A DNA stretch of 64,000 nucleotides, taken from the NCBI GenBank assembly GCA_032250835.1, contig JAVVEA010000018.1, positions 1-64,000 on the forward strand. The letters run 5' to 3'. The notes under the pieces are model-generated. The model was not told where the DNA came from. It worked only from the letters and a program-made list of their open reading frames with translations, and did not search any database. Positions 59,500 through 64,000 of the stretch are shown here, piece after piece (the stretch's first letter is position 1; every line of letters begins with the position of its first letter). Made by a program: the position numbers and the translations under genes. Origin of the DNA: a bacterium (GTDB taxonomy: Bacteria; SAR324; XYD2-FULL-50-16).

Positions 59500-60534
59500 A
59501 TGAAATTAAAAGTTTGGTTGTTGTGGGGCGTTAAGCTGGGCTTAGTGTCCTTAATTTTATATTGGCTGGGCACCAGTGGTCGCCTCGATTTGAGCAAGCT
59601 CCTCCTGCTGGTCACTCATCCGGGCCTCAGTCTAGCGGCTCTTTTGTTGATGCTCTTCGGCGGGGCACTGTTGGTTACCCTGCGTTGGAAGCTGTTGATG
59701 GACGCCCAGGGAAGTGACTTAGGGCTCGGTAGGCTCGTTTCGATCCATTGGATCAGCCTGTTTTTTGCTAGTTTCCTGCCCGGTTCGGTCAGCGGTGATG
59801 GGGTAAAGGCCTTTTATTCGCTCCGCGAATCCCAGGGAAAATTGGGTAAAACATCGGTTTTAACGAGCTTGGTAGTGGACCGGATTTTAGGGCTCGCTGG
59901 TTTGATTTTTTTAGGCCTGTTGGCCTTTTTGGCGACTTGGAAACAATCGATCCGCAACTACCAAGTAGAGATGTTAGGCCTATTGATGGCTGGGGTTTTT
60001 GTGGCGTTGGCTCTGTTTTTGGCCTTGATCATGCGGCGCCAACGCGAAGCCGGTGACCGGGTCGGCGAGCTTTTGGCCCGCTTGCCGATGGGCGGGTTTT
60101 TGGTCAAAGTCTATCAAGGGTTTCGGGCCTACCGGCACCACCGTATGGCGTTGGTCTGGGGGTTTATCTTGTCCTTTTTGGGCCAGGGTTTTTTTGCCCT
60201 CGCCGTTTGGGTGATCACTCCTTTGTCCTGCGGCTGTGATGCCCCCGTTTCGGCGGTATTTTTGGCTACCCCGCTGGGTGAATTGAGCACCGTGATTCCG
60301 GTGGGTCCCTTGGGGATTGGCGTGGGGCATGGTGCCTTTGAATACCTCTTTGCGATCCAGGGGCTTCCCCATGGTGCGGATACCTTTAGTCTGTTGATCG
60401 CAGTTCGGGTGGTTTTGGGCTTGATTGGCGGCCTGCCCTATCTATTGTACAAAAAACGCGACGGGGCCCCCTCTGAGCTGTCGGAGCTATCCTCAGAGGA
60501 AGCTTGCACAGCCAATGGGGATGCACTAAAATAG
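59500..60534 (+). CDS. Lysylphosphatidylglycerol synthase TM-domain (UPF0104) flippase-like protein
   Basis: LRWKLLM, FLPGSVSGD.VK, SLVVDRILGL, PVGPLGIGV. Confidence 0.88.
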   Translation: MKLKVWLLWGVKLGLVSLILYWLGTSGRLDLSKLLLLVTHPGLSLAALLLMLFGGALLVTLRWKLLMDAQGSDLGLGRLVSIHWISLFFASFLPGSVSGDGVKAFYSLRESQGKLGKTSVLTSLVVDRILGLAGLIFLGLLAFLATWKQSIRNYQVEMLGLLMAGVFVALALFLALIMRRQREAGDRVGELLARLPMGGFLVKVYQGFRAYRHHRMALVWGFILSFLGQGFFALAVWVITPLSCGCDAPVSAVFLATPLGELSTVIPVGPLGIGVGHGAFEYLFAIQGLPHGADTFSLLIAVRVVLGLIGGLPYLLYKKRDGAPSELSELSSEEACTANGDALK

Positions 60535-60562
60535 GCCTTTACCGGCGAACCACCAGAGGCCC

Positions 60563-62323
60563 ATGCAGGTACACACCGAAATCATTCGGTTGATCTTACG
60601 GCACAAACTTCAGCTGTTTTTCGGCATCCTGATGATGCTCGGTTTTGCGCTCTTTTCGGTAGCGCCTGCCAAGTACATGAAGGAGATCGTCGATGGCCTT
60701 GATTCGGGCGAGGTCCCCCAGCTTTCCAAGTTTTTATGGGTTGGTTTAGGCATCGTCTTACTGTTTGTCTTTAAGGGCCTGACCTTCTTTGGTCAAAACT
60801 ACCTGATGAATAGCTTGGGGTTGAAGATGATCCGCGACCTGCGCGATCAACTTTTCGATAAGATCGTCAAGATGCCCCTTTCCTATTTTAACCGCCAGTC
60901 TACTGGCGACCTGATCAGCCGCTTCACCACAGACCTGAACATCATGAATGAGGCGGTCAATACCGCTATCTCGGGCCCTTTGCGGGACTTTCCTCAAATC
61001 GTGCTGCTGCTTTGGTTGATGTGGGTACGCTCTTGGCAACTCTCGTTGCTCACCTTTTTGTTGATCCCCTTCGCCTATCTAGCGATCCGCAAATTTGGCC
61101 GTCAAAACAACCAGGTGACCACCAAGCGGCTGCAAAAGTTCAGTGACTTGACCACTCTTTTGAGCGAAGCGATCACCGGCATTCGGGTGGTCAAAGCCTT
61201 TAATATGGAAGGGTATGAGTTGCAGCGATTCGAGAAGGAAAACCAACGGCTCTTTAAGTACTTCCTGCACAGCATCCGCATCGATTCTTATTCTTATCCG
61301 ATCTTAGAGTTGATGGGGGGCATCTGCGGGGCCTTTATCCTAACCTATGGCGGGTATTTGATCATCCATGGGCAGATCACGGGCGGTGACTTTGCCAGCT
61401 TTTTGATCTCCTTTTTTATGCTCTATGAGCCCGCCAAGAAGTTTAACGGGTTCAACCTGAAGATCCAAGAGGGCCTAAGTGCTTCGGCGCGGATCTTCGA
61501 GACCCTCAACGAGAAGGACCAGATCGAAGAATTACCGAACGCTAAGCCCTTAGAGCCGCTTAAAGATTCGGTCCAGATTGATATTTCTGCCTTTGGCTAT
61601 GGCGACCAGACGGTCTTAGCCGACATCCATTTGACCCTGCCCAAAGGCAGCATCACGGCGCTAGTGGGGTCTTCGGGCAGCGGCAAGAGTACCCTGGCCA
61701 ATTTGCTGCCCCGTTTTTATGACCTCAAACCCGAACAGGGGCGGATTTTGATTGACGGTGTGGACGTGCGTGAGGTGACCCTTAAAAGCCTGCGCCAACA
61801 GATTGCCGTGATCACCCAAGAGATTGTGCTCTTTAATGAGCGGATTCGTAAAAATATCGCCTATGGCAAGCGGGGTGCCGAATTGGGCGAAGTGGTGGCC
61901 GCCTCGAAGGCTGGCCATGCCTTCGAGTTCATCGACCGACTGCCCAAGAAATTTGATGAAGAAGTGGGCGAGCGGGGCATGCGCTTCTCGGGCGGTCAAC
62001 GCCAACGCCTGTCGATCAGCCGCGCCCTGATCAAAGACGCCTCGATTTTGATCATGGACGAAGCGACCAGCGCTTTGGACACAGAGTCAGAAAAGGAAGT
62101 CCAGTTGGCCATCGATGCCTTGATGCAAGACCGCACCAGCTTGATCATTGCCCACCGCCTCTCAACGATCCAACATGCCGATGTGATCCATGTTCTACAT
62201 GAAGGGCGCATCGTTGAGTCCGGCAGCCACGCCGAATTGATCACCCAGGGAGGCGAGTACCAGCGGCTTTATGAGATGCAGTTCACCGAAGACCGTCCGC
62301 CTGTTGACTCCGAGGCTTCATGA
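60563..62323 (+). CDS. msbA: MsbA-like ABC exporter (fused TMD-NBD)
   Basis: 6 TM; GSSGSGKST, FSGGQRQR, DEATSALD, IAHRLST. Confidence 0.85.
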   Translation: MQVHTEIIRLILRHKLQLFFGILMMLGFALFSVAPAKYMKEIVDGLDSGEVPQLSKFLWVGLGIVLLFVFKGLTFFGQNYLMNSLGLKMIRDLRDQLFDKIVKMPLSYFNRQSTGDLISRFTTDLNIMNEAVNTAISGPLRDFPQIVLLLWLMWVRSWQLSLLTFLLIPFAYLAIRKFGRQNNQVTTKRLQKFSDLTTLLSEAITGIRVVKAFNMEGYELQRFEKENQRLFKYFLHSIRIDSYSYPILELMGGICGAFILTYGGYLIIHGQITGGDFASFLISFFMLYEPAKKFNGFNLKIQEGLSASARIFETLNEKDQIEELPNAKPLEPLKDSVQIDISAFGYGDQTVLADIHLTLPKGSITALVGSSGSGKSTLANLLPRFYDLKPEQGRILIDGVDVREVTLKSLRQQIAVITQEIVLFNERIRKNIAYGKRGAELGEVVAASKAGHAFEFIDRLPKKFDEEVGERGMRFSGGQRQRLSISRALIKDASILIMDEATSALDTESEKEVQLAIDALMQDRTSLIIAHRLSTIQHADVIHVLHEGRIVESGSHAELITQGGEYQRLYEMQFTEDRPPVDSEAS

Positions 62324-63228
62324 TCTGGGGCTTGGGGCTGGCCGGGGTTTTGGGTTTGGTGGTTTTGGTCGGGCTGGGGCGTGAGTTGTATACCAAGGCT
62401 TGCCTAAATCCCAAGGCCAAAAGCTTCGGTGGCCATTTTGACCTAGGCGAGCCCGAGGAATTGCGGGTGCTGATCTTGGGCGACCAAGGCTCAGGGGACA
62501 AAAAACAGCAACAGGTGGCGGCGGCTATGGAACAGGTGGCCGAGCGCGAAGGCTGTGACTTGGTTTTGTTGTTGGGCGATAACTTCATCCAAAAGGGGAT
62601 CAAAGACCTAGAGGACCCCCAACTACAAAACAAGTTCGAGGCGGTCTACAGCCTAAACAAGCCCTTTTACGCCGTCTTGGGCAACCACGACTTTAAGGGG
62701 AACTGGCGCGCCCAGATTGCCTATAGTGAGAAATCAACGCGCTGGCGCATGCCTGCGGCGACCTATCGGTTGGAGGTGGGTCCGGTGTGCTTTGATGCGC
62801 TCAATACCACCTGTAGTCTCTGTAGCTTCTTTAGCCTGCGCAAAAAGACCCTGCGCCCCTGGCACATCGCTTTCGCCCACCACCCGCTGGTTTCCACCGG
62901 TAGGCACGGGCATATGCTGAAAAGTGAGCAACGATTTGTGGTCCGAAGCGGCATCGACGCATACTTAAGCGGACACCACCATTTACTCGAACATATCGAG
63001 TATGAGGGCATTGACCAGATCACCTCCGGCGGCGGCGGGACGAACCTCAACGAAAAGGCCGAACGACCCCACCCCGGCAAGCGGTTTTATCTGCTGGACC
63101 ACGGCTTCGTTTGGGCTAAATACACGGCCCATACAGCGGAGTACCGATTTTATGATAAAGAGGCCCAAGAGGTTTATTCCTTTACCCGAGAAAAAGCATC
63201 GGAACCCGCTGGCGGCTTTGGGGAATAG
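62320..63228 (+). CDS. Membrane-anchored metallophosphoesterase (purple acid phosphatase-like)
   Basis: GDQG, GDNF, GNHD, HHP, SGHHH; N-terminal TM; ATGA overlap with msbA. Confidence 0.88.
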   Translation: MIWGLGLAGVLGLVVLVGLGRELYTKACLNPKAKSFGGHFDLGEPEELRVLILGDQGSGDKKQQQVAAAMEQVAEREGCDLVLLLGDNFIQKGIKDLEDPQLQNKFEAVYSLNKPFYAVLGNHDFKGNWRAQIAYSEKSTRWRMPAATYRLEVGPVCFDALNTTCSLCSFFSLRKKTLRPWHIAFAHHPLVSTGRHGHMLKSEQRFVVRSGIDAYLSGHHHLLEHIEYEGIDQITSGGGGTNLNEKAERPHPGKRFYLLDHGFVWAKYTAHTAEYRFYDKEAQEVYSFTREKASEPAGGFGE

Positions 63229-63265
63229 CGGAGTACAATAGAGTATACCCCAATCAGGAGGTAAC

Positions 63266-63661
63266 ATGAAAGGATTAATACTGGCGGCTTCAGTTCTGAC
63301 CCTATTATGGACTCCCTTGGCTTTGGCCCAAGCCGGGCGCACCGATTGTCCTCAATGGAGAACCGCCCCCTGCACTCAAAACACCACTCGATTTGAACTA
63401 GTCCAGGCTTTAGCGCAGCGGTTTGGCCTGCTCGAAGCACAGGTGGCTAAATTGGACGGGCAGCACCAAGTTTTAGAGGAAATCCAGCACGGCACCGCGC
63501 CGATGCCCCGCTTGGCGGCGGCGGTTAAGGCCCTTTCGATCCGTCTGGGGGCCTTGGAAGTCGCCGCCGGTAAGCCCGCCGGGCCAGTAGAAGTTACGGG
63601 TTCGCTGGCTGATCGGCTGGATCGGTTAGAAGCTCGCATGGCCGCATTGGTGGGTCCCTAA
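63266..63661 (+). CDS. Hypothetical secreted coiled-coil protein
   Basis: AGGAGG SD, signal peptide ending ALA, heptad repeats. Confidence 0.75.
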   Translation: MKGLILAASVLTLLWTPLALAQAGRTDCPQWRTAPCTQNTTRFELVQALAQRFGLLEAQVAKLDGQHQVLEEIQHGTAPMPRLAAAVKALSIRLGALEVAAGKPAGPVEVTGSLADRLDRLEARMAALVGP

Positions 63662-63724
63662 AGGTAGATTCGGCGTTCAAGGTAAGATTCCTACTTGTCT
63701 ACTTTTGGAAAATCTTCAAGGATA

Positions 63725-63758
63725 GGCTTTTTCCTACCTCAAGGGAAAGCCCTTTTTT
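63725..63758 (+). terminator. Terminator-like hairpin upstream of ppaC
   Basis: GGCTTTTTCC / GGGAAAGCC stem followed by T6. Confidence 0.5.
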
Positions 63759-63781
63759 GAAGACCGCGCTCCCATAAGTAC

Positions 63782-64000
63782 ATGAAGGACATCCTGGTTA
63801 TTGGCCATAAAAACCCGGACACCGATTCGGTCTGTTCGGCCTATGCCTACGCCGCCCTCAAGGCACAGCTAGGCGGAGATTTGAACTTTCAGGCCGCCCG
63901 CGCCGGCAACCTGAACAAACAAACCCGCTATATTTTCGACAAATTTAAGGTCGAACCGCCGCCTTACGTCAAAGATGTATACCCCAAGGCTCAGGACGTG
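63782..64000 (+). CDS. ppaC: Family II (Mn-dependent, DHH) inorganic pyrophosphatase, 5' part
   Basis: Not in ORF track. Manual translation MKDILVIGHKNPDTDSVCSAYAYA...ARAGNLNKQTRYIFDKF...DVYP; GHxNPDTDS is diagnostic. Confidence 0.92.
   Translation, partial: MKDILVIGHKNPDTDSVCSAYAYAALKAQLGGDLNFQAARAGNLNKQTRYIFDKFKVEPPPYVKDVYPKAQDV

Noticed and set aside
63662-63760. Fluoride riboswitch upstream of ppaC
   Set aside because: Context fits and GATTCCTAC resembles the 3' element, but the GGYRATGGNGTYYRCC 5' stem is absent

Overview
Gene-dense chromosomal window from a Gram-negative bacterium (msbA-like flippase, outer-membrane barrels, lipoproteins). Protein style suggests a delta-proteobacterial/SAR324-like lineage, which is inference only. 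I found no rRNA, tRNA, CRISPR array, integrase or transposase. Contents in order: 5' end of a probable cytochrome c oxidase subunit II gene plus an unannotated 37-aa membrane peptide; trmFO; an SLT; a candidate phosphate module (PhoB-like regulator, porin and EAL-CBS-GGDEF protein, with 11-bp-phased TTTAC boxes); a caspase-like protein lacking its catalytic dyad; panE; about 16 kb of two-component genes; a small Fic/wHTH islet with an inverted-repeat-bounded cassette; a 7-gene V/A-type ATPase operon (E-C-A-B-D-I-K, Na+-type K motif); a tightly linked envelope module (Ig-repeat beta-barrel, FecR-domain protein with long charged and Gly-Pro linkers, 1289-aa LamG/Ig lipoprotein, then a 7TM-DISM kinase); a three-copy ~100-bp hairpin repeat; a MauG-type diheme enzyme with a coupled secreted partner; a CDF transporter; a candidate sRNA; a lipid/envelope cluster; and the start of a family II pyrophosphatase. 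The best candidate for an undescribed system is the 41-49 kb barrel/FecR/lipoprotein module. All calls are by-eye motif recognition; no database search was run.
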